The notes below the pieces were generated by a model, which worked only from the letters and a program-made list of their open reading frames with translations, did not search any database and was not told the DNA's origin. A stretch of DNA of 64,000 nucleotides, taken from the NCBI GenBank assembly GCA_036785375.1, contig JAWMAR010000502.1, positions 1,116,001 to 1,180,000 on the forward strand, read 5' to 3'. Shown here in pieces: positions 33,857-47,008 of this stretch. The position numbers and the translations under genes were made by a program. Position 1 is the first letter of the stretch; each line of letters opens with the position of its first letter. Origin of the DNA: Leucoraja ocellata (taxonomy: Eukaryota).

Positions 33857-35989
33857 TATTCTCTTCCGGATGTTGACCATATCCTCCATCTAAGAATTGA
33901 CTTTAACAGCTTCCCTACCATGGACATGAGACTCACAGGCTTATAATTTCCTGGATTATCCCCATTTACCTTTCTTAAAAAAAGGAACCACGTTGGTTAT
34001 CTTCCAATTCTCCAGGATTTCACTTGTGGCAGACAGGATACAAAGATCTTCGTCAAGTTGCCACCAATGTCCAATCGTACCTCTCTTGTTAACCTGGGAT
34101 AGATCTTATCTAGGACTATCCAAACAATATTAATGCTCTCAAGAGACCCACCACCACCACCTCTTTCTTCATCTCTGAAGGTTCCTAGCCTATTATTATA
34201 CCCCGCACTGATCTTACTACCCCCCGAGTTCTTCTCCATGGTGAATTCAGACGTAGGCAAGTCCATGAATCTGGTTCCACAGTCTACAAGGTTATGTTCA
34301 TGTGATAGGAGCAGAATTAGGCCATTTGGCCCATCAAGTCCACTCCGCCATTCAATCATGACACACGCACGCACACACACACGCGCACACGCACACGCAC
34401 ACCTTCCGTCTTTCCACTCTGGCCTTTGTCTAGCCATCTGCTTATTAAGCCTTACCTCACCTATAGCAACCCATTACTTGCCAGACTTTGCCCAGCCCCT
34501 CCTGTCCTCCAGCTCCCCCCACCTCCCACAATCACTCTGAAATAGGGTCCCAACCCAACACGTCACCTATCTATGTTCTCCAGTTATGCTACCTGACCCG
34601 CTGAGTTACTGCAGCACATTGTATCTTTTAAAAAACAAAACATTCTGTGGCTGGAATGAGATTCAGACATTAATTCAAACTACAACAAATAGGAACGTAT
34701 AATTAAATAAATCAGTAATTTTATGTGCCTTGAATAAAAAGCTGATACCATTATGGAAAATGAACACTTGCCACAGTCATAAAAGACAATCTGAAGCCCA
34801 AACCTCATTATGGGTAGTGAATCTACTAGTGTGGCCTATATGTGATCCCTAGACAACAGCAAGTTGGCTGCCACATACTGTAACTGCACTATATGTGAAA
34901 TAAGGCAGCAAACTACTCATTATAAAATACTCCTTAGTGGTATCTTCATCAAACATACTGCAGACACAAATAGCTTGAAGACAGTCAAAGCTGGCCAGCA
35001 AATATTGGCCTTGTCAGTGACAGCCATGGTCTGTGAATAAATGAACAATGTGAAAAGGTGCTGAAAATATATCTCCTTCATTAGAATTGCATAAACATCT
35101 ATCAGAGAATAATTGCGTTGTGGGAACAATAATGAATAAATGCAAAGCTAGAGGCTGAAAGGAAGCTGGTTAAAGAAGAATGATTCTGCTTCACTTTGCT
35201 ATTAGCTAAATGTTTAATGGGATTCCATTAGCTGGAATAAAGGTAGTGAATGAGAGATTGGAATGGAGCTATGAAAAGCTGAACTTTCCACTGTGCAATT
35301 ACATCTGGGTATAAAATGTGAACATTTACAGTCTTGCAGATTGTTACACACAAATTCCATTTGTTTTTAAAAGGGTAATTTGCACCCCCCCCAAACAGTG
35401 CAGAATCTCAAATGTTCATTATAATGATCTAGAGATCTTGTTGTAAGCTATACCACCGATGTTGGTGTCATGAGCAAATTTAGAATTTTAACTACAGCGG
35501 ACCCACCACCAACCTTAGTGGCACACAGCTGGTCATAGACCAGAAAAACAGTCAGAAAAACACCTCTCCAGAGCTACCGTTTGACACCTTCCTCCAAGCT
35601 AATTTTGAATCCAATTGTCTAGTTTACTTTAGATTCCATGTGATCACACCTTCTGGACTAGCCTACCATCAGTCTGAACCTGAAATCCCATCTGTCTCCA
35701 TGGATGCTGCCTGACCTGCTGAGTTCATCTTTGTGTTTTGCTCAAGAACCAGCATTTGCAGTTTCTTGTGTTTACAGGGAATTATCCCATCACTGGTGTT
35801 AGGTTCACCAGCCTGCAAATAGAAATAATAACTTACATTTAAAAAATAAATGGATTAATGCCACTCCAAAATACAGTCTCAGAATTTCATTATTGTCAAA
35901 TGCGAAATCAGAGTTGCAGAAATACATTGGTATACATTGTGTCATATATTAACTGCTAGTTCAAAGTATCTACACTGAACAGGCCACCA

Positions 35990-36285
35990 GCATCGATGAG
36001 AACCATGTCACCAAGTGCGAGGGGAGAACGAGAGCAAGGAGGAATTGCAAGAGCAATGGGGGACCCGGCAGAGAGCTGTCAAGAACAAAGGGGTGACCCA
36101 GCGTGCGGCTGGCAAGAACAAAGGGGAAACTGGCATGGAGGGGGAAAGGGGATCCTGCTGCCACATGCAGCGGCAGGCAGTAGGTAGAACTGTTCGGTAC
36201 TTTTGTACCTTTGTCAGTGCCAACACGTGGCAACACTTGTGAACTGCCTAGGTTAATGCAAAACAAAGCATTTCACGGTACCTAA
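35990..36285 (+). mobile_element. GAACAAAGG-repeat retroposon fragment
   Basis: Two AAGAACAAAGGGG units; TTTGTCAGTGCC..ACGTGGCAAC is shared with 14243-14690. Confidence 0.5.
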
Positions 36286-36969
36286 TGATAGCCAAACAAG
36301 GCCATAAACAGGAAAGAGGTGCTCATTTTTTTTAAATCACATATTCCCGAATTTTCAAGGAGACAACTAAAACCGCAATCCCCAGACATTGCGTAAGGCA
36401 CTGATAAATATTAGACTAATGGTAAAATGATATTCTGCATGGAGGGCTTCCATTCCTATTTTAATTAGCTTCTACACAACAACAACAACATCCAGTGGAT
36501 TCATGGAACGATGCGAAAGTGTTAGTTTCTGTAACAATTCCACTAGGACGTGGTAGAATCGGATAATCTGGAGGTGAAATGGAAATGCTTAACCATAACT
36601 ATTCCAAGGAGTTGGGCATGTACACATTTTTGATGGAAGAAGCATTAGAAAAACGGTCATTGATACCTTAGAGAATCTGTCTATCTTAACCATTTTCTGC
36701 TGAGACAGAGAAAAACAGCCCAATTATCTATTATATTTGTGAGTTAGTGTGTGTGACAACAATCTTGGAAACAAGTCATTTAGATCAAGTGTTTTTTGAA
36801 AGGATTAATCTGTTGATGAAAATTGCTTAAAGAAAAACAATTAAAAAAAGAAAAATCAAAAATCTCCCAGTCCTTGGCTACTTAGACTGTTGCACTGGTC
36901 CAAAATAAACTTTTAAAAAGGAGCAGCATCTCATCTTCCAAACCAAGCACTTTACAACCTTCAGGACCT

Positions 36970-37360
36970 CGAGTCATAGAGTGATATAGTGTGGAAACAG
37001 GCCCTTCGGCCCAACCTGCCCACACATTCGCCAACATATCCCAGCTACAATAGCCCCACCTGCCCGTGTTTGGTCCATATCCCTCCAAACCTGTCCTATC
37101 CATGTACCTATCTAACTGTTTCTTAAACATTGAGATAGCCCAGCCTTAACTGGTAACTTGTTCCATATATCCACCACCTTTTGTGGGGAAGCAAATTACC
37201 CCTTAGATTCCAATTAAATATTTTCCCCTACATCTATGTCCTCTGGTCCTCGATTCACCTACTCTGGGCAAGAGACTCTGTGCATTTACCTGATCTATTC
37301 CTCTCATGATTTTATACACCTCTATAAGATCACCCCTTATCCTCCCAAGTCCCAGCCTAC
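36970..37360 (-). mobile_element. CR1 LINE 3' end
   Basis: RGDLIEVYKIMRGID...TRGHR and FKKQLDRYM. Confidence 0.88.
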
Positions 37361-37361
37361 A

Positions 37362-38180
37362 CAACAGACAGGAAGTGCCACAGCTGGCGTCCTGGTGCCA
37401 TAGCAACAACCTCAAGCTCAATGCTCTTAAAACAGTGGAACTAATTGTAGACTTTAGGAGAGCTCCCCCTCCCCTCAGCCCACTCACCATCAACAACACC
37501 ACAGTCACATCTGTGGAGTCTTTTAAGTTCCTGGGAACCCATCATCTCCAAGGACCATAAGTGGGGGGCTACCATCAACTCTACAGTCAAAAAGGCACAA
37601 CAGAGGATGTACTTCCTGTGGCAGCTGAGGAAGCACAATCTGACATAGGCAATGATGGTCCAATTCTACACGGCCATCGTGGAGACTGTTCTCACCTTCT
37701 CCATCATGGTCTGGTTTGGCTCAGCCACCAAGCACGACACCTGGAGGCTGCAGCGAATCAGCCGATCAGCAGAGAAGATTATTGGCTGCAACCTTCCCTC
37801 CATTGATGAAGTGAACACTGCAAGGGCCAGGAAGCGAGCAGGCAAGATCATCTCTGACCCCTCTCACCCTGGCCACAAACTCTTTGAATCACTTCCCTCT
37901 GGAAGACTGTCAAAGCTGCCACAGCCAGACATAAAAACAGTTTTTATCCACGAGTAGTTGCTCTACTCAACAGCCAAAAACCTGTAACCTCCCTTTGATC
38001 TGGTATTTTGTTGGTTCACATGCTTGATCAATGGTGTTTTATCATTCATGTTTTATTAATGTTTAGTGTTTTCTGAGTCATCCGTAACTGTCACTGTATG
38101 TCATATTATTACTTGTGGGTGGAGCACCAAGACAGCTTCCTTGTATGTGAATACTTGGCCAATAAACTTACTTACTTACT
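37362..38180 (+). mobile_element. Rex1/Babar LINE 3' portion, CTTGGCCAATAAA/(CTTA)n subfamily
   Basis: QLASWCHSNNLKLNALKTVELIVDFRR and FYTAIVETVLTFSIMVWFG...DPSHPGHKLF. Confidence 0.88.
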
Positions 38181-39049
38181 CCTTCCGGTGGGCGGCGCGG
38201 CTCTGGCCAGCAGCGGCCTCTGCAGTCTGTCCGCGTTTTATTATTTTCTGTCTGTGTTTTAATGTAGTTTTTGTTATTTTTTGTTGGGGTGTGTGTGTGG
38301 GGGGGTGGGGGTGGGGTGGGAGGTGGGGGGGGGAAAACTTTTTAAATCTCTCCCTGCACTGGAGACCCGACCTTTTCTCGTCGGGTTTCCGTTGTCGTTG
38401 GGGCCGCAACGAGGAGCGGCCTCCAACAGGAAGAAGCCGGGGACTCTGGTGCTACAACTCACCGTCGCCGTCGCGGGGCTGGCAGAGTCCGGAGCGGGTG
38501 GAGCGGTGGAGGAGCGCTGATGCTGCTGCTGCTGCGGCCCGACCGGAGAGTCGGAGGCCCCAACAACAGGTCTGTGGACGGCGGCACCGGGAGCCCGCGG
38601 CTCCCTGGAGGGAGACCGCTTTTCAGGGCTCTCGCAACGGCGACTTCCCCCGCCCGAGTTGCGGGGTTGAAGAGCTCCTGGAGCGGGGCCTAACATCACT
38701 GCCCCGCGCGGCTGGGAATGGCCGCGGGACTCTGCGAGCGCACGCCGGGGGCTCTAATACCAAGACCCGGTGTGCGACCTCGCACCACCCGGCGTGGCTT
38801 AAATGGCCGCGGGACAATTGCCATCGCCAGCCAGGGGCTTTGACTCTGACTCTGACATCGGGGGGGGGAGAGTGCAGTGGAGAGATAAGTTTATTTGGCC
38901 TTCCATCACAGCGATGTGATGGATGTTTATGTAAATTATGTTGTGTCTTGGGTCTATGTGTTTGTAATGTATGGCTGCAGAAACGGCATTTCGTTTGGAC
39001 CTCAAGGGGTCCAAATGACAATAAATGTATCTTATCTTATCTTATCTTA
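38181..39049 (+). mobile_element. GC-rich non-tRNA retroposon, copy C
   Basis: Starts CCTTCCGGTGGGCGGCGC. Hairpins at 38361-38390 and 38902-38923; 3' stem TTTGGACC...GGTCCAAA, then TGACAATAAA and (CTTAT)n. Confidence 0.8.
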
Positions 39050-39164
39050 GAAGGTTCTAAATTTCTAATGGAAGACATGATGCTGAACCTAATCTTTAAA
39101 TTAAGCTTCATTTGATTCCATATTTTCTCACTTTAAGGCCCGTTGTCATGGTAGCACAAGATCA

Positions 39165-39572
39165 ATGAGTTAAGAGAGTCAAGAGTGTTTTTATTGTCAT
39201 ATGTCCCGAATGGGACAATGAAATTCTTATTTGCTGCAGCACAACGAATATGTGAATGTATAAACATAGTACATAATGGGGGAAGAGAAAAAAAGAAAAA
39301 AATCAATAAATAACAAATATAGTGCAATAATAATATAGTCTTTTGCATTTCAGAGGTCAGAGCTCAGAGCTAATTCATTGTTGTGTTTAATAGTCTGATG
39401 GCTGTAGGGAAGAAGCTGTTCCTGAAGGTACACAAAAATGCTGGAGAAACTCAGCAGGTGCAGCAGCATCTATGGAGCGAAGGAAATAGGCAATGTTTCG
39501 GGCCAAAACCCTTCTTCAGTTGTTCCTGAACCTGGACGTTACAGTTTTCAGGCTCCTGTACCTTCATCCTGA
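39165..39572 (-). mobile_element. Rex1/Babar 3' end with a nested PLE mini-insertion
   Basis: Minus strand encodes RRYRSLKTVTSRFRNSFFPTAIRLLN across the insertion; 3' stem TGTCCC-ATTC-GGGACA then TGACAATAAA. Confidence 0.82.
39427..39520 (-). mobile_element. 94-bp hammerhead-headed PLE terminal fragment with 10-bp TSD
   Basis: TSD TGTTCCTGAA at 39417-39426 and 39521-39530. Minus strand starts (A)CTGAAGAAGGGTTTTGGCCCGAAACATTGCC. Confidence 0.88.
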
Positions 39573-40523
39573 GGTCAGCCTGACCCGGCACAATGCTGTT
39601 GATTCTTTTCACCAGGGAGCTGAACAAGGCTGCATTTGATGCTCATTTACCCGATTATTCTAGGATCTGTAGTGGCTACACCAATACCATGACCTGCAAC
39701 AACTACAAACACACCACATGTCACCTTCTGTACCTGCCTCTGCTTCCATGCAATGAGATTGTCCTGTCCCACGTTCTAAACTGACCATGACATTTTAGAG
39801 CAATCGTGAATGCTATGGACTATCAATTCCTTATTCACTGTGTCCGTCAAACATTCTCATAAATGACATGATTACAAATTCAAAGTCCTTGTAGAGAAAA
39901 CTTATATATATTTGTCAAGATGGAGTTAAAGGTGAATGAGGGAAAAAAAATCTAAAATAGTGCAAAGCAAAGTCACAAAGAACTGGTTACTTTATCCATC
40001 TAAGATCCTGCAGTAAGGAACATTTGAAACCATCTCTTTCCTTGAAAGACATATTTGATTCAAACTTAATTAGTTCATAAATATAGCACAGACATTGTTA
40101 GCACTATGACAAATTTGATCTTTGCAATAATTTAAACATGCGACCGTATGAACGAGATATCTTGTTCATGTTTTTTTTTTTTTAATAATTTCCACTGATG
40201 AAAACCAGGCATTATTCATATGCCTAATCATACACACATTAATAAAATCAAAGTTTCATCCCAAAACATCAAGTAACTTGGGAACTGTAATAATCTTTTC
40301 TTCCTTACCTACTGTAACTTACAACACAGACAAGTTTGGTTTCCAGATGCTGCAACTGTAACTAATCTAAATTTTCATTAATGAAGCTGCAAAATGCAGA
40401 ACATAGAAAATAGGTGCAGGAGTAGGCCATTCGGCCCTTTGAGCCTGCACCGTCATTCAATATGATCATGGCTGATCATCCAACTCAGTATCCTGTACCT
40501 GACTTCTCTCAATACCCCCTGAT

Positions 40524-40669
40524 GCTGCTGCTGCACTTTTCCCTTTCTTGTCCCCACCCACCCCCGCCCCCGATCAGTCTGAAGAAGGGTTTCGGCCCGA
40601 AACGTTGCCTATTTCCTTCGCTCCATAGATGCTGCTGCACCCGCTGAGTTTCTCCAGCTTTTTTGTGTA
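40524..40669 (+). mobile_element. 146-bp PLE terminal fragment with intact hammerhead motif (40575-40610), 10-bp TSD
   Basis: TSD ACCCCCTGAT at 40514-40523 and 40670-40679; contains CAGTCTGAAGAAGGGTTTCGGCCCGAAACGTTGCC. Confidence 0.88.
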
Positions 40670-41139
40670 ACCCCCTGATCCCTTTTGCCACAAGTGCCAC
40701 ATCTAACTCCCTCTTAAATATAGCCAATGAACCGGCCTCAACTACCTTCTGTGGCAGAGAATTCCAGAGATTCACCACTCTCTGTGTGAAAAAAAAAAAA
40801 AAAAATCTCGGTCCTAAAAGACTTCCCCCTTATCCTTAAACTGTGACCCCTTGTTCTGGACTTCCCCAACATCGGGAACAATCTTCCTGCATCTAGCCTG
40901 TCCAGCCCCTTAAGAATTTTGTAAGTTTCAATAAGATCCCCCCTCAATCTTCTAAATTCTAGCGAGTACGAGCAGAGTCTATCCAGTCTTTCTTTATATG
41001 AAAGTCCTGCCATCCCAGGAATCAGTCTGGTGAACCTTCTCTGTACTCCCCCTATGGCAAGAATGTCTTTCCTCAGATTAGGAGACCAAAACTGTACACA
41101 ATACTCCAGGTGTGGTCTCACCATGGCCCTGTACAAGGC

Positions 41140-42000
41140 CCTTGCGTGTCACTGATGGGGATGTCAGAATATAGAAGAGAGATCGAGCAACTGTCCATAT
41201 GGTGCCAGCGCAATAAACTGGCCCTCAACACCAGCAAAACCAAGGAACTGATTGTGGACTTTGGAAGGAGTAGGAGGGGGACCCACAGCCCCATTTATAT
41301 CAACGGGTTGAAAGGGTCAAGAACTTCAAATTTCTGGGCGTGCACATCTCTGAAGATCTTTCCTGGTCCGAGAACACTAATGTAATTATCAAAAAAGCTC
41401 ATCAGCGCCTCTACTTCCTGAGAAGATTACGGAGAGTCGGTTTGTCAAGGAAGATTCTCTCTAACTTCTACAGGTGCACAGTCGAGAGCATGCTGACCGG
41501 TTGCATCGTGGCTTGGTTTGGCAATTTGAGCGCCCTGGAGAGGAAAAGACTGCAAAAAGTAGTAAACACTGCCCAGTCCATCATCGGCTCTGACCTCCCT
41601 TCCATCAAGGGGATTTATCGCAGTCGCTGCCTCAAAAAGGCTGGTAGTATCATCAAAGACCCACACCATCCTGGCCACACACTCATCTCCCTGCTACCTT
41701 CAGGTAGAAGGTACAGGAGCCTGAAGACTGCAACAAACAGGTTCAGGAATAGCTGCTTCCCCACAGCCATCAGGCTATTAAATCTGGCTCGGACAAAACT
41801 CTGATTATTAATAACCACTTTCTGTTATTTGCACTTTACCAGTTTATTTATTCATGTGTGTATATATTTATATCAGGGTATATGGACATATTTATCTGTT
41901 TTGTAGTAAATGCCTACTATTTTCTGTGTGCTTAAGCAAAGCAAGAATTTCATTGTCCTATACAGGGACACATGACAATAAACTCACTTGAACTTGAACT
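41140..42000 (+). mobile_element. Rex1/Babar LINE 3' portion (young)
   Basis: ORF 41340-41804 (KKAHQRLYFLRRLRR...PSGRRYRSLK); (CTTGAA)n tail. Confidence 0.92.
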
Positions 42001-44399
42001 GCAGTAGAACCCCCCCTGCTCCTATACTCAAATCCTTTTGCTATGAATGCTAACATACCATTCGCTTTCTTCACTGCCTGTTGCACCTGCATGCCTACTT
42101 TCAATGACTGGTGTACCATGACCCCCAGGTCTCGTAGCATTTCCCCTTTTCCTTATCGGCCACCATTCAGATAATAGTCTACTTTCCTGTTCTTGCCACC
42201 AAAGTGGATAACCTCACATTTATCGCCATGCATTTGCCCACTCACCCAACCTATCCATATCACCTTGCAGCCTCCTAGCATCCTCTTCGCAGCTAACACT
42301 GCCCCCCAGCTTCGTGTCATCCGCAAATTTGGAGATGTTGCATTCAATTCCCACGTCCAAATCATTAATATATATTGTAAATAGCTCGGGTCCCAGCACT
42401 GAGCCTTGCGGTACCCCACTAGTCACTGCCTGCCATTCTGAAAAGGACCCGTTTATACTCTTTGCTTCCTGTCTGCCAGCCAGTTCTCTATCCACTATTC
42501 TCAATACTGAACCCCCAATACCGTGTGCTTTAAGTTTGTATACTAATCTCTTATGTGGGACCTTATCGAAAGCCTTCTGAAAGTCCAGATATAACACATC
42601 CACTGGTTCTCCCTTATCCACTCTACTAGTTACATCCTCGAAAAATTCTATAAGATTCGTCAGACATGATTTACCTTTCATAAATCCATGCTGACTTTGT
42701 CCAATGATTTCACCACTTTCCAAATGGGCTGCTATCCCATCTTGAATAAACTGAATCTTTTAAGAACTCTCCATAAGAACACAAGACACGAGTCAGAGTT
42801 GGCCATTTGCCCTTCAAGCCGGCCTCAACTACCTTCTGCGGCAGAGAATTCCACAGATTCACCACTCTGTGTGAAACATGTTCAAGATCGCAGCTGATAT
42901 TTTATCTCAACTCCATTTTCATGCACTGGCCCCACATCCGTTAATCTCTTGGTTCGTTTTGAATGATCCCAACAAACAAACCTCTCAAATACTCTTGAGT
43001 AAAGTATTTCAAAGATTCACCACTCTCTGCATGAAGAAATGTCTTCTTATTTTAGTCCTGAATATCCTATGCATTATTTCTGAAATTTAGACACAAGGAA
43101 CTCCAGACATTGGTTTACAAAAAAAGTCACATTTTGGTTCAGGACCATTCTTCGACTAATTGTAGTTGAGGGGAGAAAGCTGGAAAGGGTAGGAGGAGGG
43201 GAGGGGAGGGGGTGTGCGTGTGGGGGAGGGGGTGTGGCTGTGGGGGAGGGGGTGGGGGCGTGTGTGAAATCCTAACAAACGATAGGCAGATACAGGCGAG
43301 AGATCCCCCCCACCACCCACCCCACTGCACCTGTTCTCGGGCCTTGAAGGTAAATTATTGACTTTAGGCCTTAACCATATATGGCTGCATGCATAATGCA
43401 GATTCAAAATAAGTTGCAGTCTCCAAGTCCCTGTATTTGTAGTAAAACAGCTTTCATTCATGATGGTTTGAATGAAAGAATAAAAACCAGCACACTAATT
43501 CGAAATAAAGATTGCAGCCCTTACATCTCAAAGCATTTGGCAGATAATAAAATGTAGTTACCAGGGTAGGTGACTATTGTGTCATAATGGATGACGCCAG
43601 TTCATTAGTGACCACAGCAACACTCGCAGTAGGGCAAACTCATGTGCATATACATTTCTTACAATGTTAGATGGTCTAGGACCATATAGGGTGCTGATCC
43701 TCACCATTAGGGCTCATGTTCAGTGATGCTTGTAATCTCGGGCCTGTCCCAGCAGCTCAATCCTGGTCCTCAAAGGATGAGGCAAGGCAATCTCAGGCCT
43801 ACAGTTCACTCTTGCCTCAAGAGGAGACACTGGCAGTCTCAGGTTTATCCTGCAGCTCAGCTTCTGGTCTTGAAGAGGCAGCACTGGTTGTCTCTGGATT
43901 ATCCTGGCAACTAAGTGTTTGCCTCAGACTTTACTAAGTCTGTGCATGTGGCCACAGTCCCTCACTGTCACTGGGCTGATAACAGCACTGTCATATCAGG
44001 CTTGTCACTGCCACTAAGTGTTAGCCTCAGTAGAGGTCAGCTTGGGCTTCTTCCCTGCAGACCACAATGATGCTGGTGGTCTCAAGTATGTCAAGTGGAC
44101 CAGTCTTCCTCTAACCTGTGACTAGGGGACACAGCTAACAAAGATGCACCCCACCCCCACTTTTTGTTTTTCTTCACCCTGTTCCATGCCTCACCAGCTG
44201 GAAAACCTGGGTTTTATAACGAGGAGGATGAGGAGGTTCAGGTGGCCAAACCAATGTCAGCTAATTGGACCCAGCTGGTACCAGTGATGCTGGGGATTGA
44301 CCTCTCCTGGCCTATCAGCCAGTGCTATGGATCAGAGCGGCATCCAAGGCAGGGGGCGCTGTCACACTACACACAGCAAACCACCACACACTGTGACAC

Positions 44400-44590
44400 G
44401 GTAACAACCAGATAACCTATTTTTAGTGACGTTGATTAAGGGATTAATATTGTACAGAATATCGGAAGTAATTCTTCTATACTTGTAGCCTCAGGCTTTT
44501 CCTTTCACCCAAAGAGCAAATGAGGCCACTATTTAATATCTCATCCTAAAGATGGCACCTCCGATACTCCAGTATCCCCTCAGCATCAGT
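44400..44590 (-). mobile_element. SacSINE1/DeuSINE-like remnant
   Basis: Reverse complement resembles 14705-14955 (TCTCATCCTAAAGATGGCACCTCCGA). Confidence 0.6.
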
Positions 44591-45401
44591 TTTATGCTCA
44601 AGTCCACTCATCACATTGACAGCATGTTAGCCTGTTCCAGATCCCCCCAAAATTGTTTCATCTTGTTTCATAGAAGAATAACGTTATTTTAAAAACCAAA
44701 AATATTTTCTCATTTGCAATTCAGTATGAATGATCTTTTACATGTAACATAACCATTTTCTGCAGCAATATAAAATATTATCCCAGCCTCCAAAGCCAAT
44801 TTGATTCATAGGATATTGACAGAATAATTATGTAAATCGTTATAGTGTAAAAAGGATACAATAAATACAAATTATTTGAATTAGAAATCAAGATATGGAG
44901 AAATAATACGCAATATTTCATGCAGATGTAGGTTATCAAATACATGACTGTTTTGAAAAATGATTTAAAACTTCTTTTAGTTGTACATGATATTGAAATA
45001 TGTCTAAATGTAGTTGGATAATGGTATTTGATCAGATGAGTTAGAATGATTCAGGCAAGGTTCATTTGCTTCAGGTTCCATTATCAAGGAATTTCTCCCC
45101 TGAATGCACAGCATTGTTCAATGAACTCAATGGATGTGTAGCCTTGAACATTTGGTACAATGTAATCTCACTGAAAAATCTAAATCCATTTCTCAATTCA
45201 AAGTGATTCCTAATGATTTGTAATTCATATTTTAATCATCAGACTGAAAGATGGCACATTCACAATGATAGTAAAAGTGGATCCGTTTAAAAATCACTTA
45301 TAGTTTTGTGTTTTCCAATGTCTATGTCACATTTGTTTCAGACAATGACAAACACTAATGAGAGAACCTTGACATTCAAGAGAATGACTATCATTGAATC
45401 C

Positions 45402-45972
45402 CAGGGCTGCCAACATTGGGTGAGAGTTGAGAGTGAGAAATTGCGAGGGAACGTAGCGACCGAGGGGGGGGAGGGTGTGGGAGGGGGTGTTCCCCTCCCA
45501 TAGTAGGCTCCGGTCCGCTCCTGGCTCCGGGCCGGGGTTAAAACTCCATGGGGTGTGGACAGAGCGGCCAACGGATATAGAGCCGCCGGAGGTGAGGGTT
45601 GGTGGTGTGTGCCGTGCCTCAGGGGGGAAGGGGGAGGGGGGTTGGTGCTGGGACCACCACCGTCGTGTCTCATCTATCACACCATCTGCATGGGAGAAAC
45701 TAAACTACTTTTTTCCCCCCAAAATCATCCCGCAGGCCGGTAGTTTGATAGCCCTGCTTTAAACCAATCACATATCCTGGGAAAAAGAATGTGCATTCAC
45801 CTGATATTCCCCTCATGGTTTTTATTCACCTCTAAAACAATTTTTGCTTTATTTTGAACTTTCAGCACCCACAGATTTTTGAGCGTGAGAAATTTTGTGA
45901 TCAGGGTGAGAGCATGAGAATTTTGTGAAGTGCGTGAGTCTCACGCTCAATGCATGAGCGTTGGCAGCCCTG
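45402..45972. mobile_element. Non-autonomous TIR element (hAT-like ends)
   Basis: 13-bp TIR CAGGGCTGCCAAC / GTTGGCAGCCCTG; a related right end lies at about 46770-46806. No clear TSD. Confidence 0.6.
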
Positions 45973-46864
45973 CTAATAATGCAAACATTTTATGCAAGTT
46001 CCAATTGTTTGGACAAAAATCATTTATTACTACTTTATAACAGTTAAGTTACTTTAAGACCATTTCAGAAATGATGACACTCAACAAACAATCAACTAAC
46101 AAATTAAAGCAAACTAAAAAGAAATAACATGTTCCCTTTCCTGGCTCGACCTCATAAGTACTTTAACGCTGTTAACAGAGCAAAGGGATATTAATCTCAA
46201 GAATCAAAATGGGGAAAGTGGGTGCAATTTTGCTTAAATGGTAATTCTAAGCCCATTCAGATCTGCGTTGAGTCAGAGTTATACAACATGTACATGGCTG
46301 GCCCAATTTGTCCATAATGATCAAGTTGGCATTCTGCGTGCCCAGGGACTGGCTGCCGTTCCCAGATCCGCTCGCGTCCCAGGAACTAGTTGCAGTTCTC
46401 AGGTCGGCTCGCCTGCCCCGACACTGCGAAAACGAATTGAAAAAAAAAAACGTGTTTTTTTCGGTTTAAGGCCAGGATTCAGCCCGTGTGCCATAGGTTG
46501 CCGAACCCTGTCCTGGCCTCATTGTGGTCCGCCCCATGTTTTACAACCGATTCACCTGGTTAGTTTTATCTCCGGCTGCTTCATGTTGTCGGCGGTTGCA
46601 CATCCAACCAAGAAAGAAGAGAAGAGATGCGACGTCACTCACAGCTGCCAACTGACGCGCCTCCCCAGACCGCACAGATCGCTGTGTTGTGGCGCAAAGA
46701 GACAGACTGTGCAGGGACTGAAGACAGCGTGAGAATTCTGTCATCAGCGCGAGAATTGGCTGAAACGCGTGACTCTCACGCTCAAAGCGTTAGAGTTGGC
46801 AGTCCTGTCTAAGGCCAGGATGTGAAACAGACACACAGGGAGACCCATACACAAAGGAAGACAC

Positions 46865-47008
46865 NNNNNNNNNNNNNNNNNNNNNNNNNNNNNNNNNNNN
46901 NNNNNNNNNNNNNNNNNNNNNNNNNNNNNNNNNNNNNNNNNNNNNNNNNNNNNNNNNNNNNNNNNNNNNNNNNNNNNNNNNNNNNNNNNNNNNNNNNNNN
47001 NNNNNNNN
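46865..47008. other. Assembly gap (144 N)
   Basis: Run of n flanked by AC-rich repeats. Confidence 0.99.

Larger units (their letters stand above)
40398..42760 (-). mobile_element. CR1 LINE RT region with nested PLE fragment and Rex1 insertion
   Basis: [40 protein letters not shown] and VRPHLEYCVQFWSP. Confidence 0.92.

Noticed and set aside
38066-39115. 349-aa ORF
   Set aside because: Spans a Rex1 UTR and a GC-rich retroposon; no domain, and not preserved in related copies.
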